From NCBI GenBank assembly GCA_964016885.1, contig OZ024745.1, positions 59,458,001-59,522,000 on the forward strand: a stretch of DNA of 64,000 bases, read 5' to 3'. A program made the position numbers and the translations under genes. Each line of letters starts with the position of its first letter. Position 1 is the stretch's first letter. Below are positions 38,451 to 51,000 of this stretch, piece after piece. The notes beneath the pieces are model-generated. The model ran no database searches and was not told where the DNA came from. It was given only the letters and a program-made list of their open reading frames with translations. This stretch comes from Eledone cirrhosa. Taxonomy: Eukaryota.

Positions 38451-41400
38451 GTGAAAACCTCGACTTGGAGTGAGAACCCCGACTTGGAGGGAAAACCTCG
38501 ACTTGGAGTGAAAACCTCGACTTGGAATGAAAACCTCGACTTGGAGTGAGAACCTCGACTAGGAGTGAAAACCTCGACTTGGAGTGAAAACCTCGACTTG
38601 GAGTGAGAACCTCGACTTGGAGTGAGAACCTCGACTTGGAGTGAAAACCTCGACTTGGAGTGAAAACCTCGACTTGGAGTGAAACCTCGACTTGGAGTGA
38701 AAACCTCGACTTGGAGTGAAACCCCGACTTGGAGTGAAAACCTCGACTTGGAGTGAGAACCTCGACTTGGAGTGAAAACCTCGACTTGGAGTGAGAACCT
38801 CGACTTGGAGTGAGAACCTCGACTTGGAGTGAAAACCGCGACTTGGAGTGAGAACCTCGACTTGGAGTGAAAACCTCGACTTGGAGTGAAAACCTCGACT
38901 TGGAGTGAAAACCTCGACTTGGAGTGAAAACCTCGACTTGGAGTGAGAACCTCGACTTGGAGTGAGAACCTCGACTTGGAGTGAAAACCGCGACTTGGAG
39001 TGAAAACCGCGACTTGGAGTGAAAACCGCGACTTGGAGTGAAAACCTCGACTTGGAGTGAGAACCTCGACTTGGAGTGAAAACCTCGACTTGGAGTGAGA
39101 ACCTCGCCTTGGAGTGAAAACCTCGACTTGGAGTGAAAACCTCGACTTGGAGTGAGAACCTCGACTTGGAGTGAAAACCTCGACTTGGAGTGAAAACCTC
39201 GACTTGGAGTGAGAACCTCGACTTGGAGTGAAAACCTCGACTTGGAGTGAAAACCTCGACTTGGAGTGAAAACCTCGACTTGGAGTGAGAACCTCGACTT
39301 GGAGTGAGAACCTCGACTTGGAGTGAGAACCTCGACTTGGAGTGAAAACCTCGCTTTGGAGTGAAAACCTCGACTTGGAGTGAAAACCTCGACTTGGAGT
39401 GAAAACCTCGACTTGGAGTGAGAACCTCGACTTGGAGTGAGAACCTCGACTTGGAGTGAAAACCTCGACTTGGAGTGAGAACCTCGACTTGGAGTGAAAA
39501 CCTCGACATGGAGTGAGAACCTCGACTTGGAGTGAAAACCTCGACATGGAGTGAAAACCGCGACTTGGAGTGAGAACCTCGACTTGGAGTGAAAACCTCG
39601 ACTTGGAGTGAGAACCTCGACTTGGAGTGGAAACCTCGACTTGGAGTGAAAACCTCGACTTGGAGTGAGAACCTCGCCTTGGAGTGAAAACCTCGACTTT
39701 GAGTGAGAACCTCGATTGGAGTGAAAACCTCGACTTGGAGTGAAAACCTCGACTTGGAGTGAGAACCTCGACTTGGAGTGAAAACCTCGACTTGGAGTGA
39801 GAACCTCGACTTGGAGTGAAAACCTCGACTTGGAGTGAGAACCTCGACTTGGAGTGAGAACCTCGACTTGGAGTGAAAACCTCGACTTGGAGTGAGAACC
39901 TCGACTTGGAGTGAAAACCTCGACTTGGAGTGAAAACCTCGACTTGGAGTGAGAACCTCGCCTTGGAGTGAAAACCTCGACTTTGAGTGAGAACCTCGAT
40001 TGGAGTGAAAACCTCGACTTGGAGTGAAAACCTCGACTTGGAGTGAGAACCTCGACTTGGAGTGAAAACCTCGACTTGGAGTGAGAACCTCGACTTGGAG
40101 TGAGAACCTCGACTTGGAGTGAAAACCTCGACTTGGAGTGAGAACCTCGACTTGGAGTGAAAACCTCGACTTGGAGTGAAAACCTCGACTTGGAGTGAGA
40201 ACCTCGACTTGGAGTGAGAACCTCGACTTGGAGTGAAAACCTCGACTTGGAGTGAGAACCTCGACTTGGAGTGAAAACCTCGACTTGGAGTGAGAACCTC
40301 GACTTGGAGTGAAAACCTCGACTTGGAGTGAGAACCTCGACTTGGAGTGAAAACCTCGACTTGGAGTGAGAACCTCGACTTGGAGTGAAAACCTCGACTT
40401 GGAGTGAGAACCTCGACTTGGAGTGAAAACCTCGACTTGGAGTGAGAACCTCGCCTTGGAGTGAAAACCTCGACTTGGAGTGAAAACCTCGACTTGGAGT
40501 GAAAACCTCGACTTGGAGTGAAAACCTCGACTTGGAGTGAAAACCTCGACTTGGAGTGAAAACCTCGACTTGGAGTGAAAACCTCGACTTGGAGTGAAAA
40601 CCTCGATTTGGAGTGAGAACCTCGATTTGGAGTGAAAACCTCGACTTGGAGTGAAAACCTCGACTTGGAGTGAGAACCTCGACTTGGAGTGAAAACCTCG
40701 ACTTGGAGTGAGAACCTCGACTTGGAGTGAAAACCTCGACTTGGAGTGAGAACCTCGACTTGGAGTGAAAACCTCGACTTGGAGTGAGAACCTCGACTTG
40801 GAGTGAAAACCTCGACTTGGAGTGAAAACCTCGACTTGGAGTGAGAACCTCGACTTGGAGTGAAAACCTCGACTTGGAGTGAAAACCTCGACTTGGAGTG
40901 AAAACCTCGACTTGGAGTGAAAACCTCGACTTGGAGTGAGAACCTCGACTTGGAGTGAAAACCTCGCTTTGGAGTGAAAACCTCGACTTGGAGTGAAAAC
41001 CTCGACTTGGAGTGAGAACCTCGACTTGGAGTGAAAACCTCGACTTGGAGTGAGAACCTCGACTTGGAGTGAGAACCTCGACTTGGAGTGAAAACCTCGA
41101 CATGGAGTGAAAACTTCGACTTGGAGTGAAAACCTCGACATGGAGTGAGAACCTCGACTTGGAGTGAGAACCTCGACATGGAGTGAAAACCGCGACTTGG
41201 AGTGAGAACCTCGACTTGGAGTGAAAACCTCGACTTGGAGTGAAAACCTCGACTTGGAGTGAGAACCTCGACTTGGAGTGAAAACCTCGACTTGGAGTGA
41301 GAACCTCGCCTTGGAGTGAAAACCTCGACTTTGAGTGAGAACCTCGATTGGAGTGAAAACATCGACTTGGAGTGAAAACCTCGACTTGGAGTGAGAACCT

Positions 41401-44400
41401 CGACTTGGAGTCAAAACCTCGACTTGGAGTGAAAACCTCGACTTGGAGTGAAAACCCCGACTTGGAGTGAAAACCTCGACTTGGAGTGAGAACCTCGACT
41501 TGGAGTGAAAACCTCGACTTGGAGTGAGAACCTCGACTTGGAGTGAGAACCTCGACTTGGAGTGAAAACCTCGACTTGGAGTGAGAACCTCGACTTGGAG
41601 TGAAAACCTCGACTTTGAGTGAGAACCTCGCCTTGGAGTGAAAACCTCGACTTGGAGTGAAAACCTCGACTTGGAATGAGAACCTCGACTTGGAGTGAAA
41701 ACCTCGACTTGGAGTGAGAACCTCGACTTGGAGTGAAAACCTCGACTTGGAGTGAGAACCTCGACTTGGAGTGAAAACCTCGCTTTGGAGTGAAAACCTC
41801 GACTTGGAGTGAAAACCTCGCTTTGGAGTGAAAACCTCGACTTGGAGTGAAAACCTCGACTTGGAGTGACAACCTCGACTTGGAGTGAAAACCTCGACTT
41901 GGAGTGAGAACCTCGACTTGGAGTGAGAACCTCGACTTGGAGTGAGAACCTCGACTTGGAGTGAAAACCTCGACTTGGAGTGAAAACCTCGACTTGGAGT
42001 GAAAACCTCGACATGGAGTGAGAACCTCGACTTGGAGTGAGAACCTCGACATGGAGTGAAAACCGCGACTTGGAGTGAGAACCTCGACTTGGAGTGAAAA
42101 CCTCGACTTGGAGTGAGAACCTCGACTTGGAGTGAAAACCTCGACTTGGAGTGAGAACCTCGACTTGGAGTGAGAACCTCGACTTGGAGTGAGAACCTCG
42201 ACTTGGAGTGAGAACCTCGACTTGGAGTGAGAACCTCGACTTGGAGTGAGAACCTCGACTTGGAGTGAGAACCTCGACTTGGAGTGAAAACCTCGACTTG
42301 GAGTGAAAACCTCGACTTGGAGTGAAAACCTCGACTTGGAGTGAAAACCTCGACTTGGAGTGAAAACCTCGACTTGGAGTGAAAACCTCGACTTGGAGTG
42401 AAAACCCCGACTTGGAGTGAAAACCTCGACTTGGAGTGAAAACCTCGACTTGGAGTGAGAACCTCGACTTGGAGTGAGAACCTCGACTTGGAGTGAAAAC
42501 CGCGACTTGGAGTGAGAACCTCGACTTGGAGTGAAAACCTCGACTTGGAGTGAGAACCTCGACTTGGAGTGAAAACCTCGACTTGGAGTGAAAACCTCGA
42601 CTTGGAGTGAGAACCTCGACTTGGAGTGAGAACCTCGACTTGGAGTGAGAACCTCGACTTGGAGTGAAAACCTCGACTTGGAGTGAAAACCTCGACTTGG
42701 AGTGAGAACCTCGACTTGGAGTGAAAACCGCGACTTGGAGTGAAAACCTCGACTTGGAGTGAAAACCTCGACTTGGAGTGAAAACCTCGACTTGGAGTGA
42801 AAACCTCGACTTGGAGTGAAAACCTCGACTTGGAGTGAGAACCTCGACTTGGAGTGAAAACCTCGACTTTGAGTGAAAACCTCGCCTTGGAGTGAAAACC
42901 TCGACTTGGAGTGAAAAGCTCGACTTGGAGTGAGAACCTCGACTTGGAGTGAAAACCTCGACTTGGAGTGAGAACCTCGACTTGGAGTGAAAACCTCGAC
43001 TTGGAGTGAAAACCTCGACTTGGAGTGAAAACCTCGACTTGGAGTGAAAACCTCGACTTGGAGTGAGAACCTCGACTTGGAGTGAAAACCTCGCTTTGGA
43101 GTGAAAACCTCGACTTGGAGTGAAAACCTCGACTTGGAGTGAGAACCTCGACTTGGAGTGAAAACCTCGACTTGGAGTGAGAACCTCGACTTGGAGTGGG
43201 AACCTCGACTTGGAGTGAAAACCTCGACATGGAGTGAAAACCTCGACTTGGAGTGAAAACCTCGACATGGAGTGAGAACCTCGACTTGGAGTGAGAACCT
43301 CGACATGGAGTGAAAACCGCGACTTGGAGTGAGAACCTCGACTTGGAGTGAAAACCTCGACTTGGAGTGAAAACCTCGACTTGGAGTGAGAACCTCGACT
43401 TGGAGTGAAAACCTCGACTTGGAGTGAGAACCTCGCCTTGGAGTGAAAACCTCGACTTTGAGTGAGAACCTCGATTGGAGTGAAAACCTCGACTTGGAGT
43501 GAAAACCTCGACTTGGAGTGAGAACCTCGACTTGGAGTGAAAACCTCGGCTTGGAGTGAAAACCTCGACTTGGAGTGAAAACCTCGACTTGGAGTGAGAA
43601 CCTCGACTTGGAGTGAAAACCTCGACTTGGAGTGAGAACCTCGACTTGGAGTGAGAACCTCGACTTGGAGTGAAAACCTCGACTTGGAGTGAAAACCTCG
43701 ACTTGGAGTGAGAACCTCGACTTGGAGTGAGAACCTCGACTTGGAGTGAAAACCTCGACTTGGAGTGAGAACCTCGACTTGGAGTGAGAACCTCGACTTG
43801 GAGTGAAAACCTCGACTTGGAGTGAGAACCTCGACTTGGAGTGAAAACCTCGACTTGGAGTGAGAACCTCGACTTGGAGTGAAAACCTCGACTTGAAGTG
43901 AGAACCTCGACTTGGAGTGAAAACCTCGACTTGGAGTGAGAACCTCGACTTGGAGTGAAAACCTCGACTTGGAGTGAGAACCTCGACTTGGAGTGAGAAC
44001 CTCGACTTGGAGTGAAAACCTCGACTTGGAGTGAGAACCTCGACTTGGAGTGAAAACCTCGACTTGGAGTGAGAACCTCGCCTTGGAGTGAAAACCTCGA
44101 CTTGGAGTGAAAACCTCGACTTGGAGTGAAAACCTCGACTTGGAGTGAAAACCTCGACTTGGAGTGAAAACCTCGATTTGGAGTGAAAACCTCGACTTGG
44201 AGTGAGAACCTCGATTTGGAGTGAAAACCTCGACTTGGAGTGAGAACCTCGATTTGGAGTGAGAACCTCGACTTGGAGTGAGAACCTCGACTTGGAGTGA
44301 GAACCTCGACTTGGAGTGAGAACCTCGACTTGGAGTGAAAACCTCGACTTGGAGTGAGAACCTCGACTTGGAGTGAAAACCTCGACTTGGAGTGAGAACC

Positions 44401-45000
44401 TCGCCTTGGAGTGAAAACCTCGACTTGGAGTGAGAACCTCGCCTTGGAGTGAGAACCTCGACTTGGAGTGAAAACCTCGACTTGGAGTGAGAACCTCGAC
44501 TTGGAGTGAAAACCTCGACTTGGAGTGAGAACCTCGACTTGGAGTGAGAACCTCGACTTGGAGTGAGAACCTCGACTTGGGGTGAGAACCTCGACTTGGA
44601 GTGAAAACCTCGACTTGGAGTGAAAACCTCGACTTGGAGTGAAAACCTCGACTTGGAGTGAAAACCTCGACTTGGAGTGAGAACCTCGACTTGGAGTGAA
44701 AACCTCGACTTGGAGTGAAAACCTCGACTTGGAGTGAAAACCTCGACTTGGAGTGAAAACCTCGACTTGGAGTGAGAACCTCGACTTGGAGTGACAACCT
44801 CGACTTGGAGTGAAAACCTCGACTTGGAGTGAGAACCTCGACTTGGAGTGAGAACCTCGACTTGGAGTGAAAACCTCGACTTGGAGTGAGAACCTCGACT
44901 TGGAGTGAGAACCTCGACTTGGAGTGAAAACCTCGACTTGGAGTGAGAACCTCGACTTGGAGTGAGAACCTCGACTTGGAGTGAGAACCTCGACTTGGAG
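38450..45000. repeat. HOR family B domain, second (shorter) copy
   Basis: It opens with the paired 18-bp GAAACC monomers at 38681/38718, as at 6311/6348. It has GATTGG monomers at 39714, 39998, 41346 and 43473, and a single AAAAGCTC at 42918. Confidence 0.8.
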
Positions 45001-48000
45001 TGAGAACCTCGACTTGGGGTGAAAACCTCGACTTGGAGTGAGAACCTCGACTTGGAGTGAAAACCTCGACTTGGAGTGAAAACCCCGACTTGGAGTGAGA
45101 ACCCCGACTTGGAGTGAGAACCCCGACTTGGAGTGAAAACCTCGACTTGGAGTGAGAACCTCGACTTGGAGTGAGAACCTCGACTTGGAGTGAGAACCTC
45201 GACTTGGAGTGAGAACCTCGACTTGGAGTGAGAACCTCGACTTGGAGTGAGAACCTCGACTTGGAGTGAAAACCTCGACTTGGAGTGAAAACCTCGACTT
45301 GGAGTGAAAACCTCGACTTGGAGTGAGAACCTCGACTTGGAGTGAAAACCTCGACTTGGAGTGAGAACCTCGACTTGGAGTGAAAACCTCGACTTGGAGT
45401 GAGAACCTCGACTTGGAGTGAAAACCTCGACTTGGAGTGAAAACCTCGCCTTGGAGTGAAAACATCGACTTGGAGTGAAAACCTCGCCTTGGAGTGAAAA
45501 CCTCGACTTGGAGTGAAAATCTCGACTTGGAGTGAAAACATCGACTTGGAGTGAAAACCTCGACTTGGAGTGAAAACCTCGACTTGGAGTGAAAACCTCG
45601 ACTTGGAGTGAAAACCTCGACTTGGAGTGAAAACCTCGACGTGGAGTGAAAACCTCGACTTGGAGTGAAAACCTCGACTTGGAGTCAAAACCTCGACTTG
45701 GAGTCAAAACCTCGACTTGGAGTGAAAACCTCGACTTGGAGTGAAAACCTCGACTTGGAGTGAAAACCTCGACTTGGAGTGAGAACCTCGACTTGGAGTG
45801 AAAACCTCGATTTGAAGTGAAAACCTCGACTTGGAGTGAAAACCTCGACTTGGAGTGAAAACCTCGACATGGAGTGAAAACCTCGACTTGGAGTGAAAAC
45901 CTCGACATGGAGTGAAAACCTCGACTTGCAGTGAAAACCTCGACTTGGAGTGAAAACCTCGACTTGCAGTGAAAACCTCGACTTGCAGTGAAAACCTCGA
46001 CTTGGAGTGAAAACCTCGACTTGGAGTGAGAACCTCGACTTGGAGTGAAAACCTCGACTTGGAGTGAGAACCTCGACTTGGAGTGAGAACCTCGACTTGG
46101 AGTGAAAACCTCGACTTGGAGTGAAAACCTCGACTTGGAGTGAAAACCTCGACTTGGAGTGAAAACCTCGACTTGGAGTGAAAACCTCGGCTTGGAGTGA
46201 AAACCTCGACTTGGAGTGAAAACCTCGGCTTGGAGTGAAAACCTCGATTTGGAGTGAAAACCTAGACTTGGAGTGAAAACCTCGATTTGGAGTGAAAACC
46301 TAGACTTGGAGTGAAAACCTCGATTTGGAGTGAAAACCTAGACTTGGAGTGAAAACCTCGATTTGGAGTGAGAACCTCGAGTTGGAGTGAGAACCTCGAC
46401 TTGGAGTGAAAACCTCGACTTGGAGTGAGAACCTCGACTTGGAGTGAAAACCTCGACTTGGAGTGAGAACCTCGACTTGGAGTGAAAACCTCGACTTGGA
46501 GTGAGAACCTCGACTTGGAGTGAGAACCGCGACTTGGAGTGAAAACCTCGACTTGGAGTGAGAACCTCGACTTGGAGTGAGAACCTCGACTTGGAGTGAG
46601 AACCTCGACTTGGAGTGAGAACCTCGACTTGGAGTGAAAACCTCGACTTGGAGTGAAAACCTCGACTTGGAGTGAAAACCTCGACTTGGAGTGAAAACCT
46701 CGACTTGGAGTGAAAACCTCGACTTGGAGTGAAAACCTCGACTTGGAGTGACAACCTCGACTTGGAGTGACAACCTCGACTTGGAGTGACAACCTCGACT
46801 TGGAGTGAGAACCTCGACTTGGAGTGAGAACCTCGACTTGGAGTGAGAACCTCGACTTGGAGTGAAAACCTCGACTTGGAGTGAGAACCTCGACTTGGGG
46901 TGAAAACCTCGACTTGGAGTGAGAACCTCGACTTGGAGTGAAAACCTCGACTTGGAGTGAGAACCTCGACTTGGGGTGAAAACCTCGACTTGGAGTGAGA
47001 ACCTCGACTTGGAGTGAGAACCTCGACTTGGGGTGAAAACCTCGACTTGGAGTGAAAACCTCGACTTGGAGTGAGAACCTCGACTTGGAGTGAAAACCTC
47101 GACTTGGAGTGAGAACCTCGACTTGGAGTGAGAACCTCGACTTGGAGTGAAAACCTCGACTTGGAGTGAAAACCTCGACTTGGAGTGAAAACCTCGACTT
47201 GGAGTGAAAACCTCGACTAGGAGTGAAAACCTCGACTTGGAGTGAAAACCTCGACTAGGAGTGAAAACCTCGACTTGGAGTGAGAACCTCGACTTGGAGT
47301 GAAAACCTCGATTTGGAGTGAAAACCTCGACTTGGAGTGAGAACCTCGACTTGGAGTGAAAACCTCGACATGGAGTGAAAACCTCGACTTGGAGTGAAAA
47401 CCTCGACATGGAGTGAAAACCTCGACATGGAGTGAAAACCTCGACTTGGAGTGAGAACCTCGACTTGGAGTGAAAACCTCGACATGGAGTGAAAACCTCG
47501 ACTTGGAGTGAGAACCTCGACTTGGAGTGAAAACCTCGACTTGGAGTGAAAACCTCGACTTGGAGTGAAAACCTCGACTTGGAGTGAAAACCTCGACTTG
47601 GAGTGAGAACCTCGACTTGGAGTGAAAACCTCGACTTGGAGTGAGAACCTCGACTTGGAGTGAAAACCTCGACTTGGAGTGAGAACCTCGACTTGGAGTG
47701 AAAACCTCGACTTGGAGTGAGAACCCCGACTTGGAGTGAAAACCTCGACTTGGAGTGAGAACCCCGACTTGGAGTGAAAACCTCGACTTGGAGTGAGAAC
47801 CTCGACTTGGAGTGAAAACCTCGACTTGGAGTGAGAACCTCGACTTGGAGTGAAAACCTCGACTTGGAGTGAGAACCTCGACTTGGAGTGAAAACCTCGA
47901 CTTGGAGTGAGAACCTCGCCTTGGAGTGAAAACATCGACTTGGAGTGAAAACCTCGCCTTGGAGTGAAAACCTCGACTTGGAGTGAAAATCTCGACTTGG

Positions 48001-51000
48001 AGTGAAAACATCGACTTGGAGTGAAAACCTCGACTTGGAGTGAAAACCTCGACTTGGAGTGAAAACCTCGACTTGGAGTGAAAACCTCGACGTGGAGTGA
48101 AAACCTCGACTTGGAGTGAAAACCTCGACTTGGAGTCAAAACCTCGACTTGGAGTCAAAACCTCGACTTGGAGTGAAAACCTCGACTTGGAGTGAAAACC
48201 TCGACTTGGAGTGAAAACCTCGACTTGGAGTGAGAACCTCGACTTGGAGTGAAAACCTCGATTTGAAGTGAAAACCTCGACTTGGAGTGAAAACCTCGAC
48301 TTGGAGTGAAAACCTCGACATGGAGTGAAAACCTCGACTTGGAGTGAAAACCTCGACATGGAGTGAAAACCTCGACTTGGAGTGAAAACCTCGACTTGGA
48401 GTGAAAACCTCGACTTGGAGTGAAAACCTCGGCTTGGAGTGAAAACCTCGACTTGGAGTGAAAACCTCGGCTTGGAGTGAAAACCTCGATTTGGAGTGAA
48501 AACCTAGACTTGGAGTGAAAACCTCGATTTGGAGTGAAAACCTAGACTTGGAGTGAAAACCTCGATTTGGAGTGAAAACCTAGACTTGGAGTGAAAACCT
48601 CGATTTGGAGTGAGAACCTCGAGTTGGAGTGAGAACCTCGACTTGGAGTGAAAACCTCGACTTGGAGTGAGAACCTCGACTTGGAGTGAAAACCTCGACT
48701 TGGAGTGAGAACCTCGACTTGGAGTGAAAACCTCGACTTGGAGTGAGAACCTCGACTTGGAGTGAGAACCGCGACTTGGAGTGAAAACCTCGACTTGGAG
48801 TGAGAACCTCGACTTGGAGTGAGAACCTCGACTTGGAGTGAGAACCTCGACTTGGAGTGAGAACCTCGACTTGGAGTGAAAACCTCGACTTGGAGTGAAA
48901 ACCTCGACTTGGAGTGAAAACCTCGACTTGGAGTGAAAACCTCGACTTGGAGTGACAACCTCGACTTGGAGTGACAACCTCGACTTGGAGTGAGAACCTC
49001 GACTTGGAGTGAGAACCTCGACTTGGAGTGAGAACCTCGACTTGGAGTGAAAACCTCGACTTGGAGTGAGAACCTCGACTTGGGGTGAAAACCTCGACTT
49101 GGAGTGAGAACCTCGACTTGGAGTGAAAACCTCGACTTGGAGTGAAAACCTCGACTTGGAGTGAGAACCTCGACTTGGGGTGAAAACCTCGACTTGGAGT
49201 GAGAACCTCGACTTGGAGTGAGAACCTCGACTTGGGGTGAAAACCTCGACTTGGAGTGAAAACCTCGACTTGGAGTGAGAACCTCGACTTGGAGTGAAAA
49301 CCTCGACTTGGAGTGAGAACCTCGACTTGGAGTGAGAACCTCGACTTGGAGTGAGAACCTCGACTTGGAGTGAAAACCTCGACTTGGAGTGAAAACCTCG
49401 ACTTGGAGTGAAAACCTCGACTTGGAGTGAAAACCTCGACTTGGAGTGAAAACCTCGACTAGGAGTGAAAACCTCGACTTGGAGTGAAAACCTCGACTAG
49501 GAGTGAAAACCTCGACTTGGAGTGAGAACCTCGACTTGGAGTGAAAACCTCGATTTGGAGTGAAAACCTAGACTTGGAGTGAAAACCTCGATTTGGAGTG
49601 AAAACCTAGACTTGGAGTGAAAACCTCGATTTGGAGTGAAAACCTAGACTTGGAGTGAAAACCTCGATTTGGAGTGAGAACCTCGAGTTGGAGTGAGAAC
49701 CTCGACTTGGAGTGAAAACCTCGACTTGGAGTGAGAACCTCGACTTGGAGTGAAAACCTCGACTTGGAGTGAGAACCTCGACTTGGAGTGAAAACCTCGA
49801 CTTGGAGTGAGAACCTCGACTTGGAGTGAGAACCGCGACTTGGAGTGAAAACCTCGACTTGGAGTGAGAACCTCGACTTGGAGTGAGAACCTCGACTTGG
49901 AGTGAGAACCTCGACTTGGAGTGAGAACCTCGACTTGGAGTGAAAACCTCGACTTGGAGTGAAAACCTCGACTTGGAGTGAAAACCTCGACTTGGAGTGA
50001 AAACCTCGACTTGGAGTGAAAACCTCGACTTGGAGTGAAAACCTCGACTTGGAGTGACAACCTCGACTTGGAGTGACAACCTCGACTTGGAGTGACAACC
50101 TCGACTTGGAGTGAGAACCTCGACTTGGAGTGAGAACCTCGACTTGGAGTGAGAACCTCGACTTGGAGTGAAAACCTCGACTTGGAGTGAGAACCTCGAC
50201 TTGGGGTGAAAACCTCGACTTGGAGTGAGAACCTCGACTTGGAGTGAAAACCTCGACTTGGCGTGAGAACCTCGACTTGGGGTGAAAACCTCGACTTGGA
50301 GTGAGAACCTCGACTTGGAGTGAGAACCTCGACTTGGGGTGAAAACCTCGACTTGGAGTGAAAACCTCGACTTGGAGTGAGAACCTCGACTTGGAGTGAA
50401 AACCTCGACTTGGAGTGAGAACCTCGACTTGGAGTGAGAACCTCGACTTGGAGTGAGAACCTCGACTTGGAGTGAAAACCTCGACTTGGAGTGAAAACCT
50501 CGACTTGGAGTGAAAACCTCGACTTGGAGTGAAAACCTCGACTTGGAGTGAAAACCTCGACTAGGAGTGAAAACCTCGACTTGGAGTGAAAACCTCGACT
50601 AGGAGTGAAAACCTCGACTTGGAGTGAGAACCTCGACTTGGAGTGAAAACCTCGATTTGGAGTGAAAACCTCGACTTGGAGTGAGAACCTCGACTTGGAG
50701 TGAAAACCTCGACATGGAGTGAAAACCTCGACTTGGAGTGAAAACCTCGACATGGAGTGAAAACCTCGACATGGAGTGAAAACCTCGACTTGGAGTGAGA
50801 ACCTCGACTTGGAGTGAAAACCTCGACTTGGAGTGAAAACCTCGACTTGGAGTGAGAACCTCGACTTGGAGTGAAAACCTCGACTTGGAGTGAAAACCTC
50901 GACTTGGAGTGAAAACCTCGACTTGGAGTGAAAACCTCGACTTGGAGTGAGAACCTCGACTTGGAGTGAAAACCTCGACTTGGAGTGAGAACCTCGACTT